Assembly (NCBI GenBank): GCA_043806755.1
Contig: JAZDGS010000023.1
Location: 1-61,310 of the forward strand
Reading direction: 5' to 3'
Origin: Pseudomonadota bacterium
GTDB lineage: Bacteria > Desulfobacterota > Desulfobacteria > Desulfobacterales > UBA2156
DNA: 61,310 bases
Made by a program: the position numbers and the translations under genes. Below the pieces are notes generated by a model. It was not told the DNA's origin and did not search any database. It worked only from the letters and a program-made list of their open reading frames with translations. Positions within the stretch are counted from its first letter, which is position 1. The number at the start of each line of letters is the position of its first letter. Below are positions 40,316-50,205 of this stretch, in pieces.

Positions 40316-41035
40316 ATGACTGAAGATGCCCCTGACGGCACTGAAAACACGACCTTGTGGAAGCGAATGATGTTTAAAAAAAACAAGGCCTGGGTAGCGA
40401 CCGACAATTCCGGGAAACCGCTGGTCAAAAATGGAAAAGTCCTGATCAAGTACCAGATGAAACAGGAACATGAATACTGGGTTCATGAAAAAGGGGTATA
40501 TCCCATCACGCCGGATCGTGAAGCGACCGGGCCTCAGGATCCAAATCGCTTAACCCCTGTGAAACCCGCATCCGATCGAAAACGTCCGGAGGAACATGAC
40601 AAGATCGCAGCAGGTGCGATCCATGTCTATACCGACGGCGCATCCTCCGGAAATCCGGGCCCTGCTGGGATCGGGGTATATATCCATTACAAGGGGAAGG
40701 AAAAGGAGATATCCCGACACATCGGAATTGCAACCAACAATATGGCCGAACTGGAAGCGATCCGGTCCGGTCTTCTTGCCTTAAAATCCCGCGACAAGCC
40801 TGTCCGGGTTTATACGGACAGCACTTACGCCAACGGAGTATTGACCTTGGGATGGAAAACCCGGAAAAACGAGGAACTGGTGCAACGCATCAAAGAGATC
40901 ATGAACCGTTTCGGGAATTTAACCGTGATCCAGGTCAAAGGCCACGCCGGGGATGCCGGGAACGAACGGGCGAATCGGTTGGCCACAACGGCGGCGGCAC
41001 ATCAAAGGGATAAAACAGAAGCGCCCGGCTTCTGA
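40316..41035 (+). CDS. rnhA: Ribonuclease HI with an N-terminal extension
   Basis: YTDGASSGNPG, TNNMAEL, YTDS and VKGHAG..GNERA motifs; about 100 extra N-terminal residues. Confidence 0.88.
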   Translation: MTEDAPDGTENTTLWKRMMFKKNKAWVATDNSGKPLVKNGKVLIKYQMKQEHEYWVHEKGVYPITPDREATGPQDPNRLTPVKPASDRKRPEEHDKIAAGAIHVYTDGASSGNPGPAGIGVYIHYKGKEKEISRHIGIATNNMAELEAIRSGLLALKSRDKPVRVYTDSTYANGVLTLGWKTRKNEELVQRIKEIMNRFGNLTVIQVKGHAGDAGNERANRLATTAAAHQRDKTEAPGF

Positions 41036-41050
41036 TAAAGACCGGGCGCT
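41020..41050. terminator. Hairpin between convergent genes, possible terminator
   Basis: AGCGCCCGG...CCGGGCGCT inverted repeat spanning the RNase H stop codon. Confidence 0.4.
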
Positions 41051-41086
41051 TTGGGCCCTCTTGTTAACTGTTCATTCAGAAGCACA

Positions 41087-41383
41087 TTATGCTTTTTTCT
41101 CGGACTTCAGTGTTTCAACCTCTTTTTTCAGATCTTCAACTTCCTGTTTGTATTTGTTGGTGTCTTCTGTCTTATCTGTCTTAAATGAAGAATCAGCCGT
41201 CGTATCTTCTTTTTTCCAGGTGTCTTTCAGCTCATCAAATCCCAAATAAAGCGCCAACCCGCCCCCAAGCAAAAGCATGGCTGGAATCGCACCGGCCAGC
41301 AGCTGCAAGAACGGCTTCCACCAGACCGATAGACCGATAATCCCCAGGACCGCTCCTATTGCCCCACCAATCAACGTTTTCAT
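41087..41383 (-). CDS. Small two-TM membrane protein with a charged coiled-coil tail (MamI-like pattern)
   Basis: AGGAGG RBS; 98 aa; two Gly-rich hydrophobic helices around a WW motif; K/E-rich C-terminus. Confidence 0.8.
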   Translation of the reverse strand: MKTLIGGAIGAVLGIIGLSVWWKPFLQLLAGAIPAMLLLGGGLALYLGFDELKDTWKKEDTTADSSFKTDKTEDTNKYKQEVEDLKKEVETLKSEKKA

Positions 41384-41737
41384 AAAAACTCATCCTCCTT
41401 TTAGATTAAATTAACGCTTTGAAGTGACGACTCGTCTTTATTTATATAATCGACGCCGACGGATCAAGATCGGATTCATTCTATGATCCGATTGCTCTCA
41501 ATTCATCTATGCACTCCAGATGAAATCTCGTTACCTTCACGGTTCTGAAGCAGATAGCATATGAATTCCGAGAACGCAAGTCTATTTTGATAAAAATTTT
41601 ATTTCTGATGTTTTTGGTTGCCACAATCCACCGGAATACGATATCTATACGAACAGTGAGCAAGAACACCTGCTTTTTGCCGGGTATCACACAAACCAAA
41701 CTCACCGGACGCGATCCGCCACGTTGGTTTCGGAGCC

Positions 41738-44371
41738 ATGATCGAGATATTTATACAAATTTGGGGTAAGATCACAAGCCGGATCCGATCCTGGATCACG
41801 AAAACCCTGGCAAACCACCCGATCCCCTTCTTTTCCTTTTTACCCAAGCATACCGGGCGGGTTACCCCGACGATGCTTCGGCTCTTTTTCTCCGGAATCA
41901 AGATGGAGGAAGACCAGGCGGCCATCGTCCGAAACCTCCCACCCGGATCGATTTTTATTTATGCATCCAAATACCGGAGCCGTTTCGAATACCTGTTTTG
42001 CCACAATCGTTTTCCTCAAATCGGACTTCCCTGCCCTGAAATCGGTTTGGATTACCGGATAATTTTTCTTCAGCCCGTCGTACGGATCCTTAAAAACTTT
42101 CTCTTTATTTTCGATTTTTTCATTCAAAAAGGCGTTTTTCCGGATCCGTATAAAACGGATGATTTAATGGAAGCGCTGGTCGGAGGGAGAGCCGGTTTTT
42201 TAAACCTGATTGAAAAAAAAGGGTTTTACCGAAGGTTCGTCAAGGAAAAAAACGACCCGATCCGGCACCTCATTGACATCCAAAAATCGACCGATCGCAA
42301 CGTATATATCATCCCCATATTGATGTTTTTCGGCAGAACCCCCAACCGCAGCATCCCTTCCCTGTTGGAATTCCTCTTCGGCACTGAGGAAAATCCAGGT
42401 CGAATCCGCCGCATCGTGACATTGTTTAAGAATCCGGGAAAGGTGTTTGTTGAAATATCGGATCCGATCAACCTGAAGGATTTTCTTTCGTCAGGTTTGA
42501 TTCCAAACGAGAGCCCGGAATCCCAGTCCCTTCTACTGAGAAAGCAGATCATCGACCAAATCAACCGCCACCGCCAGAGCATCACCGGTCCCATTTTAAA
42601 GTCCAGAGAAGAGCTTAAGGAAGACATTTTAACAAGTCAACGCCTTACGGTATTTCTTAATCATTACGCACATACCCGAAATCTCCCGCTCCAGAAAGCC
42701 AGAAAGGAAGCCAATGCCTATCTCGATGAAATCGCAGCCAATTACAATTACGCATTCGTGAGATTCGGCGCGGTCTGCGTCCGGTGGATCATCAATTCCA
42801 TGTTCGAGGGCGTCACCGTTAATCAACCCGTCTTAAATCAGATCAAAAACCTAAGCAAGAAGGGCCCCCTGATCTTTGTCCCATGTCATAAAAGCCATAT
42901 CGATTACCTGATCCTTCCGTATATCCTCTATACGAACAATATGCCTACTCCGCATACCGTTGCCGGAAAAAATCTTTCCTTCTGGCCGCTCGGCCCCCTG
43001 TTTCGAAGCTGCGGTGCGTTTTTCATCCGAAGAAGTTTCAAAGGGGCTGTCCTCTACTCAAAGGTCTTTTTCGAGTATGTCCAGAAGCTTCTTGAAGAAG
43101 GATTTAACATTAAGCTTTTTATTGAAGGAGGGAGAAGCCGGACAGGAAAGCTCCTCATCCCCAAGCTCGGATTTCTATCCATTCTGATGAATGCCTACCG
43201 GAACGGCGCTTGTGATGATTTGACCTTTGTCCCGATTTTCATCGGATATGACCGGGTTCTGGAGGAAAGCGCCTATCTCAATGAACTTGAAGGGGGTCAA
43301 AAGGATCCGGAAAATCTGGCCCAGGTGATCAAGGCCAGAAAGTTTTTAAAAAAAAAATACGGCCGGATTTATATCAAATTCCATGAGGCCATTTCCATTA
43401 AGGACCTTTTGTCGAAAAACCGGATCAATCTTCCCGATATTTCTCAAAAGGACCTCAATACCTTTGTCCGGAATCTGGGATACCGCCTGGCAAATGCGAT
43501 CGATCGTGTTTCAGTGGTCACACCGCATGCCCTTGTGGCCAGCGCGATTCTCAATTTTTCGAAAAAACCGTTTTCGGAAAGCCAACTCAAAACCCGGATC
43601 GACTCCTATTTAACCTACCTGATGTCCCAGGATGCCACATTGGCCGACTCCATCCTGCTCGACAGCCAGCTTGCCGTCAACAATGCACTGGACAACTACA
43701 TCCAGAGGCGATTTATCGAACCGATACCTCCGCCGAAGGGTTCGCCCGACGGAGACCGGGTGTTTCAGGCAAAGGAATATCGCCGTCCAAACCTGGATTA
43801 CTATAAAAACAACTGTGTTTCGTCTTTTATTCCCGCCGCCTTCACGGCCATATCCATTCTTGAAAAAGACGCCTTTCAGTTTTCCGCCGCCGATCTTCAT
43901 GGAGGGTATGCGTTTTTGCAGGAATTTTTCAAATATGAATTTGCTTACAGTATCGACCGCCCTTCCGAATACCTGGTGAGGAAAAATATCAAAGCCTTTA
44001 TAGACGATGCCATCCTCATGCCGCACCCCACGCTTCCGGATACCTACAACCTTACCTCTTCGGGATTCAGGAAGCTGAAATTATTTGCCGGTTTCCTTAA
44101 AACGTATTTCGAATCCTATGCCGTAGTCCTCAATTTCTTAAAAAGATATCACCACAATACGACCAGCCCCAAGGATCAGCTGCGTAAAATCCAGAACCTG
44201 GGGAATCGGATGTACAAGCGCAACGAAATTGAAAACAAGGAATCCCTTTCGAAAATGTATTGTCAAAATGCCGTCGAATTTTTTCTCTCTCAAGGAATCA
44301 AAGGATCGGACAACCAGGAAAAAATCGACTACTACTGGGATATGATCAACAAATACTTAAAACAGCTTTAG
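41738..44371 (+). CDS. plsB: Glycerol-3-phosphate acyltransferase (PlsB-type)
   Basis: HKSHIDY (HxxxxD), AGKNL, GAFFIRRSF and FIEGGRSRTGK motifs. Confidence 0.9.
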   Translation: MIEIFIQIWGKITSRIRSWITKTLANHPIPFFSFLPKHTGRVTPTMLRLFFSGIKMEEDQAAIVRNLPPGSIFIYASKYRSRFEYLFCHNRFPQIGLPCPEIGLDYRIIFLQPVVRILKNFLFIFDFFIQKGVFPDPYKTDDLMEALVGGRAGFLNLIEKKGFYRRFVKEKNDPIRHLIDIQKSTDRNVYIIPILMFFGRTPNRSIPSLLEFLFGTEENPGRIRRIVTLFKNPGKVFVEISDPINLKDFLSSGLIPNESPESQSLLLRKQIIDQINRHRQSITGPILKSREELKEDILTSQRLTVFLNHYAHTRNLPLQKARKEANAYLDEIAANYNYAFVRFGAVCVRWIINSMFEGVTVNQPVLNQIKNLSKKGPLIFVPCHKSHIDYLILPYILYTNNMPTPHTVAGKNLSFWPLGPLFRSCGAFFIRRSFKGAVLYSKVFFEYVQKLLEEGFNIKLFIEGGRSRTGKLLIPKLGFLSILMNAYRNGACDDLTFVPIFIGYDRVLEESAYLNELEGGQKDPENLAQVIKARKFLKKKYGRIYIKFHEAISIKDLLSKNRINLPDISQKDLNTFVRNLGYRLANAIDRVSVVTPHALVASAILNFSKKPFSESQLKTRIDSYLTYLMSQDATLADSILLDSQLAVNNALDNYIQRRFIEPIPPPKGSPDGDRVFQAKEYRRPNLDYYKNNCVSSFIPAAFTAISILEKDAFQFSAADLHGGYAFLQEFFKYEFAYSIDRPSEYLVRKNIKAFIDDAILMPHPTLPDTYNLTSSGFRKLKLFAGFLKTYFESYAVVLNFLKRYHHNTTSPKDQLRKIQNLGNRMYKRNEIENKESLSKMYCQNAVEFFLSQGIKGSDNQEKIDYYWDMINKYLKQL

Positions 44372-44374
44372 CCC

Positions 44375-46081
44375 ATGAAGGCCATGATTCTTGCCGCAGG
44401 CACAGGAACGCGGCTTCTCCCCTTTACCCGCACCATCCCCAAACCGCTTTTTACCATTTCAGGACGACCGGTGCTCGATCTGGCCATCGAACACCTGTGC
44501 CGGGCGGGGGTCGATGCGATCATCATCAATACTCACCACCTTCATCATCAGATTGAGGCGTATCTGCAACGCCGCCGGTACCCGGTCCCGGTGCTAACCC
44601 GCCATGAGCCTGAGATCCGGGGGACCGGAGGCGGGATTAAGAATGTATCCGATTTCATGGATGACGATCCGTTTTTGGTCATCAACGGAGATATCGTCTT
44701 CGATATCGATTTGAAAGAAGTTTATGACGTTCACGCAAAGGGAAAAGCACAAGCCACGCTTGTTCTGTGTGACGATCCAACCGTCAACACGGTCTTTGTC
44801 GACCCGGAAGGATATGTCCGCACCTTCGACGAACCGGAACGCGGTCCTGCATCCCCAAAGACAACCCGCCTCACCTTCACCGGGATTCAGTTGATCGATC
44901 CGGAGGTTTGCCAATGGATACCGGACGACCCGTTTTCAAGCATCATCAGCGCCTACCGTCGGATGATCGAAAACGGGAAACCTATAAAAGCATGGGTTCC
45001 TCATAATATATACTGGAAAGATATCGGCACCCCTGAGCGATATCAACAGGCAGCTCTTGACCGAATGGCCGCCGATGCATTCCAAAAAGTCTGGAAAGAA
45101 CTTAATGTAATACATAATCAAATAATTTATAACCTATTGAAAGGAGACGGATCTGATCGACTATGGTATCGGCTGAAACACAATGAGAAAACGCTCATCG
45201 CCGTCAATCACGGAATCAAAGTGCATGAAGGTATCACCGAAATAGATGCATTTCTAAACATCGGCATGCACCTTTATCAAAATCAAATCCCCGTCCCCCG
45301 GATTTATCAATTTGATACCCTTTCAGGGTGGGTGATAGTGGAAGATGTAGGCGACATGAACCTCCAGGATGTCGTGACAAGCAGACCGTACCCTGAAACC
45401 GCCATCCCCATTTATGAAAAAATCATTTCAGCCTTAATCGATTTTTCAATAAAAGGGTATCGGGGGTTTAACTCAACATGGGCGTATCAAACAGCGGCGT
45501 ATGACATCGATCTTATCCTAGAAAAAGAATGCCGTTATTTTTTCGATGCATGCATCACCGGTTTTTTCGGATGGAACATCGGTTTTACGGATTATGAATC
45601 GGAGTTTATGGCGATCGCCGAACGGGCCCTCTCGTTCCCTATAATTGGACTCATGCACCGTGACTTCCAGTCGCGCAATATCATGGTTACAAACGGAGAA
45701 ATCCATTTCATCGATTTTCAGGGGGCGCGCACCGGCCCGATTCAATACGATCTCGCGTCGCTTCTGATCGATCCGTATGTGGGACTCCCCATTCCCATGC
45801 AGAACCGGCTTCTCGATTTCTGCATCACTCATCTTCGCGACATGCTTTCGCTTGATGAACACCGATTTCGCTTGTGCTACCTGTTCTGCGCCCTTTCCCG
45901 TAATCTGCAGATTCTCGGGGCGTTTTGCCATCTGAGCCGTGTGAAGAAAAAGGCCTGGTTCGAACGCTATATTCCAGGGGCCATCCTATCTCTTAAGCGG
46001 CTATTGACCGACACGGAACAGGATGCGTTTCCAAAGCTGAAAGCGCTTACCGCCAGAATGGCGGCGGCAGCGGTTCCGTAA
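44375..46081 (+). CDS. Fused MurU-like nucleotidyltransferase + AmgK-like anomeric sugar kinase
   Basis: N-terminal half: MKAMILAAGTGTRLLP..PKPL, GTGGGI, NGD, WKDIGTPE. C-terminal half: GDGSDRLWYRL, EDVGD, HRDFQSRNIM, IDFQGA, YDLASLL. Confidence 0.88.
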   Translation: MKAMILAAGTGTRLLPFTRTIPKPLFTISGRPVLDLAIEHLCRAGVDAIIINTHHLHHQIEAYLQRRRYPVPVLTRHEPEIRGTGGGIKNVSDFMDDDPFLVINGDIVFDIDLKEVYDVHAKGKAQATLVLCDDPTVNTVFVDPEGYVRTFDEPERGPASPKTTRLTFTGIQLIDPEVCQWIPDDPFSSIISAYRRMIENGKPIKAWVPHNIYWKDIGTPERYQQAALDRMAADAFQKVWKELNVIHNQIIYNLLKGDGSDRLWYRLKHNEKTLIAVNHGIKVHEGITEIDAFLNIGMHLYQNQIPVPRIYQFDTLSGWVIVEDVGDMNLQDVVTSRPYPETAIPIYEKIISALIDFSIKGYRGFNSTWAYQTAAYDIDLILEKECRYFFDACITGFFGWNIGFTDYESEFMAIAERALSFPIIGLMHRDFQSRNIMVTNGEIHFIDFQGARTGPIQYDLASLLIDPYVGLPIPMQNRLLDFCITHLRDMLSLDEHRFRLCYLFCALSRNLQILGAFCHLSRVKKKAWFERYIPGAILSLKRLLTDTEQDAFPKLKALTARMAAAAVP

Positions 46082-46114
46082 TATAATCTGCAACCATCCG
46101 TTGGGAGGTGTGAC

Positions 46115-46939
46115 ATGAAAATCATCCGAGTCATGGTCAACGGCATTCCCGGAAACATGGCAACCCTTGTCGCCGAGCATCTGCTCAGGGACCCCTGCTT
46201 TGAGCTGGTCCCCTTTTCCTTAACCGGACCCGACATTACCGAATCATCGCATCGGGTCCTCACGACATCGGTTCAATTGATCCATCCGAAGGACCGGGAA
46301 AAAAAGATGCCTCAAATCGATCGGCAAGATCTGATCAGCGTGGATTATACCCACCCCGGCGCCGTTAACGGCAATACCGAATTTTACTGCAACAACCACC
46401 TCCCGTTTGTCATGGGAACTACCGGCGGCGACCGCCGGTTAATGGAAGAAACGGTTTGCCGTTCGAAAATATGCGCCGTCATCTCGCCCAACATGGCCAA
46501 GCCCATCGTCGGATTTCAAGCTATGATGGCGTATGCGGCGCAGGCCTTCCCGAATCTTTTCCGAGGATACACCCTCATTGTCAAAGAAAGCCACCAGAAG
46601 GGAAAAGCGGATACGAGCGGTACCGCCAAAACCATGGTCGCATATTTTAATCAACTCGGTATTCCGTTTGAGGAAAACAAGATCATCAAGGAACGCCGCC
46701 CGGATATCCAGAAGACCACCTGGGGGATCCCCGAAGCGTTTCTCGGAGGGCACGGCTGGCACACCTATTCGCTTCTTTCCGCCGACAAAACCGTGAAAAT
46801 GGAGTTCACCCACAATGTCAATGGAAGAGACGTCTATGCCGTCGGGACCCTGTATGCCGTCCTCTATTTGGAACGTAAGATCAGGGATGGCGCCAAGGGG
46901 CGTGTTTTTTCGATGATGGATGTGTTAAAGGGGGCCTGA
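46115..46939 (+). CDS. dapB: 4-hydroxy-tetrahydrodipicolinate reductase (plant-like DapB type)
   Basis: VMVNGIPGNMA, DYTHP, FVMGTTGG, ESHQKGKADTSGTA and GHGWHTY motifs. Confidence 0.9.
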   Translation: MKIIRVMVNGIPGNMATLVAEHLLRDPCFELVPFSLTGPDITESSHRVLTTSVQLIHPKDREKKMPQIDRQDLISVDYTHPGAVNGNTEFYCNNHLPFVMGTTGGDRRLMEETVCRSKICAVISPNMAKPIVGFQAMMAYAAQAFPNLFRGYTLIVKESHQKGKADTSGTAKTMVAYFNQLGIPFEENKIIKERRPDIQKTTWGIPEAFLGGHGWHTYSLLSADKTVKMEFTHNVNGRDVYAVGTLYAVLYLERKIRDGAKGRVFSMMDVLKGA

Positions 46940-46971
46940 TCCTTTTTTTCAAACCGAAACCCGAAAAAGGG

Positions 46972-48744
46972 GTGATGATGAATCGAATTGTTTTTTTAGC
47001 ATTGCTGATCTGTTGGTTCAATCCGGTTTTTGCCGACGAATTTTTTCCAGCGAAAGATTGGGCTCCATCCGCCAATCCGTTGGCCGGCCCCAAGGCTCTT
47101 GTCGGAGGGGAATTCTCCGTTTTTCTCGCCCAATATCCCAAAAGCCTCAATTATTATCTGGATATCAGCACTCAGAGCGCCCAGATTTTCGGGGCTGTAT
47201 TCGAAACGCTTTTATCCACAAACCCTGTTACCCTCGACTATGAACCCGGACTGGCCAAACAATGGTCCCTGTCGGAAGATAAAAAAACCTTTACCTTTTT
47301 CATCGATCCGCATGCCAAATGGAGCGACGGCCGCCCGGTGACCGCATATGATGTTCAATGGACCTATGATTCCATCATGAATCCGAAGCATCTTACCGGC
47401 CCTCACAAAATCGACATGGAGCGTTTTGAACCGCCGCTCGTCCTGGATGAGCGGACCATCCGGCTTAAAGCCAAAGACGTCCACTGGAAAAACCTTGGGG
47501 CCGCGGGCGGCTTCTATATCATGCCCCGCCATGCCTATCAGGATGCAGACTTTAATAAAATCAATTTCGATTTCCCCGTCGTATCGGGCCCTTACCGGAT
47601 CGGAGAACTCAAAGAAGGTCTTTTCGTCACTCTGAAACGGCGGCCGGAATGGTGGAACATCAAGGACATCCGTGTCAAGGGGACCGGAAATTTTGAAACC
47701 ATTAAATTTCGGTTTTTTTCTGAAAATGAAAATGCTTTTGAATCGTTTAAGAAAGGGGAGATCGACCTTTATCCGGTTTATACGGCCCGCTTGTGGGTCA
47801 ATGAGACCAGAGGAGAAAAATTTTCGAACAACTGGATCGTCAAGCAGAAAATATACAACCATAACCCGATCGGATTTCAGGGTTTTGCCATGAACATGCG
47901 CCGGCCCCCTTTTGACGACATCCGGATTCGAAAAGCGATGGCGCTTCTCCTTGACAGGAATAAAATGAACGGCACGCTCATGTATAATCAATATTTTTTA
48001 CACCGATCATATTTCGAAGATCTCTACGATAAATCGACCCCCTGCGCGAATTCGTTGACGGCGATGGATCGGCAGAAAGCGCGCGACCTGCTCCGTCAGG
48101 CAGGATGGATCGTCAATCCGAAAACCGGAATTCTGGAAAAAAACGGGAAACGGTTCACCTTTAAGTTCTTAACGCGCGACGCCTCTTCCGAGAAGTTTTT
48201 AAATATGTACGCAGAGGAATTGAAGGACGTCGGAATCGAGCTCGTGATCGATAAAAAAGATTGGGCCGCATGGGCCAGGGATATGGATGAGTTCAACTTC
48301 GAGATGACCTGGGCAGCATGGGGGTCCGGCATCTTCAAGGATCCGGAGGGGATGTGGTCTTCCAGGGAGGCGGATCGGCGCGGAGGAAGCAATATCACCG
48401 GGTTCAAGGATCGGCGCGTCGATGAGCTGATCGAAACGCAAAAGCAGATGTTCGATATCCGAAAACGGAACGAGATCTACCGCAAGATCGACGAGATCAT
48501 CTTTCAGGCACACCCGTATGTACTGCTGTGGAACATCAATTACACCCGGCTTCTGTATTGGAATAAATTCGGCATGCCCCCGGCCGTCCTTTCGAAATAC
48601 GGCGATGAAAGCAGTGCCTATTGGTTCTGGTGGCTGGATGAGGATTCTTACGCCGATCTGAACGATGCCGTCAAATACCGGCTCATCCTCCCTCCAAAAA
48701 AAGAGTCCGTCTTTTTTGACGACATCTTCCGTAAAACCAATTAA
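46972..48744 (+). CDS. ABC transporter substrate-binding protein, family 5 (YejA-like)
   Basis: Signal peptide; FETLL, PGLAKQW, AKWSDGRPVTAYDV, SGPYRI, MNMRRPPFDD and LLRQAGW motifs. Confidence 0.9.
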   Translation: MMMNRIVFLALLICWFNPVFADEFFPAKDWAPSANPLAGPKALVGGEFSVFLAQYPKSLNYYLDISTQSAQIFGAVFETLLSTNPVTLDYEPGLAKQWSLSEDKKTFTFFIDPHAKWSDGRPVTAYDVQWTYDSIMNPKHLTGPHKIDMERFEPPLVLDERTIRLKAKDVHWKNLGAAGGFYIMPRHAYQDADFNKINFDFPVVSGPYRIGELKEGLFVTLKRRPEWWNIKDIRVKGTGNFETIKFRFFSENENAFESFKKGEIDLYPVYTARLWVNETRGEKFSNNWIVKQKIYNHNPIGFQGFAMNMRRPPFDDIRIRKAMALLLDRNKMNGTLMYNQYFLHRSYFEDLYDKSTPCANSLTAMDRQKARDLLRQAGWIVNPKTGILEKNGKRFTFKFLTRDASSEKFLNMYAEELKDVGIELVIDKKDWAAWARDMDEFNFEMTWAAWGSGIFKDPEGMWSSREADRRGGSNITGFKDRRVDELIETQKQMFDIRKRNEIYRKIDEIIFQAHPYVLLWNINYTRLLYWNKFGMPPAVLSKYGDESSAYWFWWLDEDSYADLNDAVKYRLILPPKKESVFFDDIFRKTN

Positions 48745-49457
48745 CGCGACGGCGAGTTCTTTTTCCTAAGAAACCGTTTCCGTTCGGCCTCCGGGTACCT
48801 TTCAACGGCGTATCGGAGCATGGTGCGCGGCATGGCCCGGGAGTGGGCATCCAAAAATCGGTTGAGCAGATCCTTACGCCGCTTCCCCACCTCTCTCAGC
48901 ATCCATCCGACCGCCTTATGGATGAGGTCTTCCGGGTCGTCGAGAAGGATTTCGGAAATCTCAAACGTCTCCTCGAACCGGTTTTGCCGGATAAAATGAA
49001 AGGTTGCCAAAACAGCGATCCGGCGCTCCCATAAACTTGTTGAACGGGCCAACCGGTAGAGCGGTCCCTTATCTCGATACATCAGGAACCGCCCGACGAT
49101 ATGTTCGGCCGATGTATCGACCAGATCCCAGTTGTTGATATATCGGGTATGAGCCAAATACGAATCGTAAATGGTCTTTTTTTCATCATCCCCGTTGGAC
49201 AGATAGCGTCGGATCAGGATGAAGAGGGCCAGCAGCCGCTCTTCATGGATCGGGGACTTAAGCAGCGTAAGCGATTCATTCAGAGAAAGGCCGGCATACT
49301 CTTTGGAGAGCTTCCGGATCATCGGGACACGGATTCCGATAAACCGGTCTCCCTCTCCGTATTCGCCCGGTCCTGTTTTGAAAAATCTTTGGGAAACCTT
49401 CGCCCTTGCGGGATCCGCCAAATCCGCCAACCGGTTTCGAATCAAAGGCACATTCAA
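48741..49457 (-). CDS. DNA alkylation repair protein (AlkD-like)
   Basis: FFKTGPGEYGEGD, HEERL, NNWDLVD, HKAVGWMLRE and MPRTMLRYA motifs. Confidence 0.9.
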   Translation of the reverse strand: MNVPLIRNRLADLADPARAKVSQRFFKTGPGEYGEGDRFIGIRVPMIRKLSKEYAGLSLNESLTLLKSPIHEERLLALFILIRRYLSNGDDEKKTIYDSYLAHTRYINNWDLVDTSAEHIVGRFLMYRDKGPLYRLARSTSLWERRIAVLATFHFIRQNRFEETFEISEILLDDPEDLIHKAVGWMLREVGKRRKDLLNRFLDAHSRAMPRTMLRYAVERYPEAERKRFLRKKNSPSR

Positions 49458-49469
49458 GCGGGAAAACCT

Positions 49470-50129
49470 CTAAGCGCCGACCATGTTGTAACTCGACGAT
49501 TTATAACCATGAACTTTTTGGACGTGGAAAACCAATATCCGACTTTCATAATTTTCGATCAGTCGCTTTAATCCCAGTCTGGCCATCCTGAATGTTTTGC
49601 TTTGCAGATTTTCGACAAGCCGGTTGATTTCCTGAGCCCGTCCTTCACAAATGATATGGGGTCCATCTCCGATGAGAACTTCCCATTCTCCGGCCATGGT
49701 GATCCCTAATTTTTCAAGGCAGGGGTAAAACTCCTCTGTCACATATTTTTCATATTCATCCTTTTTACGGCTGTCGATATCCCATAACTGATTGAATTTA
49801 ATCGTGTTTTCCTTAACATCGATCGAATATGTTTCTTTCTTGCCGGTGTTGACCAAGACTTTTGTTTTATATTTTTTAATGTAATTTTGAAGTTCATGAT
49901 TTAATTCTTTGTATTTTTGATCTCTTAATGCTTTCTCCAGAAGCTCAAGGTCGTTTGTGACTCCTTCAAAGATGATCTCAGTATAGCCGCCGACAAGAAT
50001 GCACCAGCCTGCCACTGTATGGATCCCAAGTTGATTGATCCCCGGAACGAATTTTTGGATGATAAATTTTTCATATTCCTTTACTTTATCATGATCCACC
50101 GTCCAGTATTGGTTGAATTTGACCGGCAT
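49470..50129 (-). CDS. Hypothetical protein with a tandem duplicated ~105-aa domain (NIPSNAP-like)
   Basis: KFNQYWTVDHDKVKEYEKF...LGIHTVAGW is repeated as KFNQLWDIDSRKKDEYEKY...LGITMAGEW; AGGAGG RBS. Confidence 0.75.
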   Translation of the reverse strand: MPVKFNQYWTVDHDKVKEYEKFIIQKFVPGINQLGIHTVAGWCILVGGYTEIIFEGVTNDLELLEKALRDQKYKELNHELQNYIKKYKTKVLVNTGKKETYSIDVKENTIKFNQLWDIDSRKKDEYEKYVTEEFYPCLEKLGITMAGEWEVLIGDGPHIICEGRAQEINRLVENLQSKTFRMARLGLKRLIENYESRILVFHVQKVHGYKSSSYNMVGA

Positions 50130-50205
50130 CGTCCGATCCTCCTTTCATGCTTGGAATATGTGATTTGTCTTAATCGTCCAACCCCCTTCCCTTAAAAGAG
50201 CGGGG

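Noticed and set aside
40316-41035. Retroelement-derived RNase H
   Set aside because: No reverse transcriptase or integrase nearby; motifs match cellular RNase HI.
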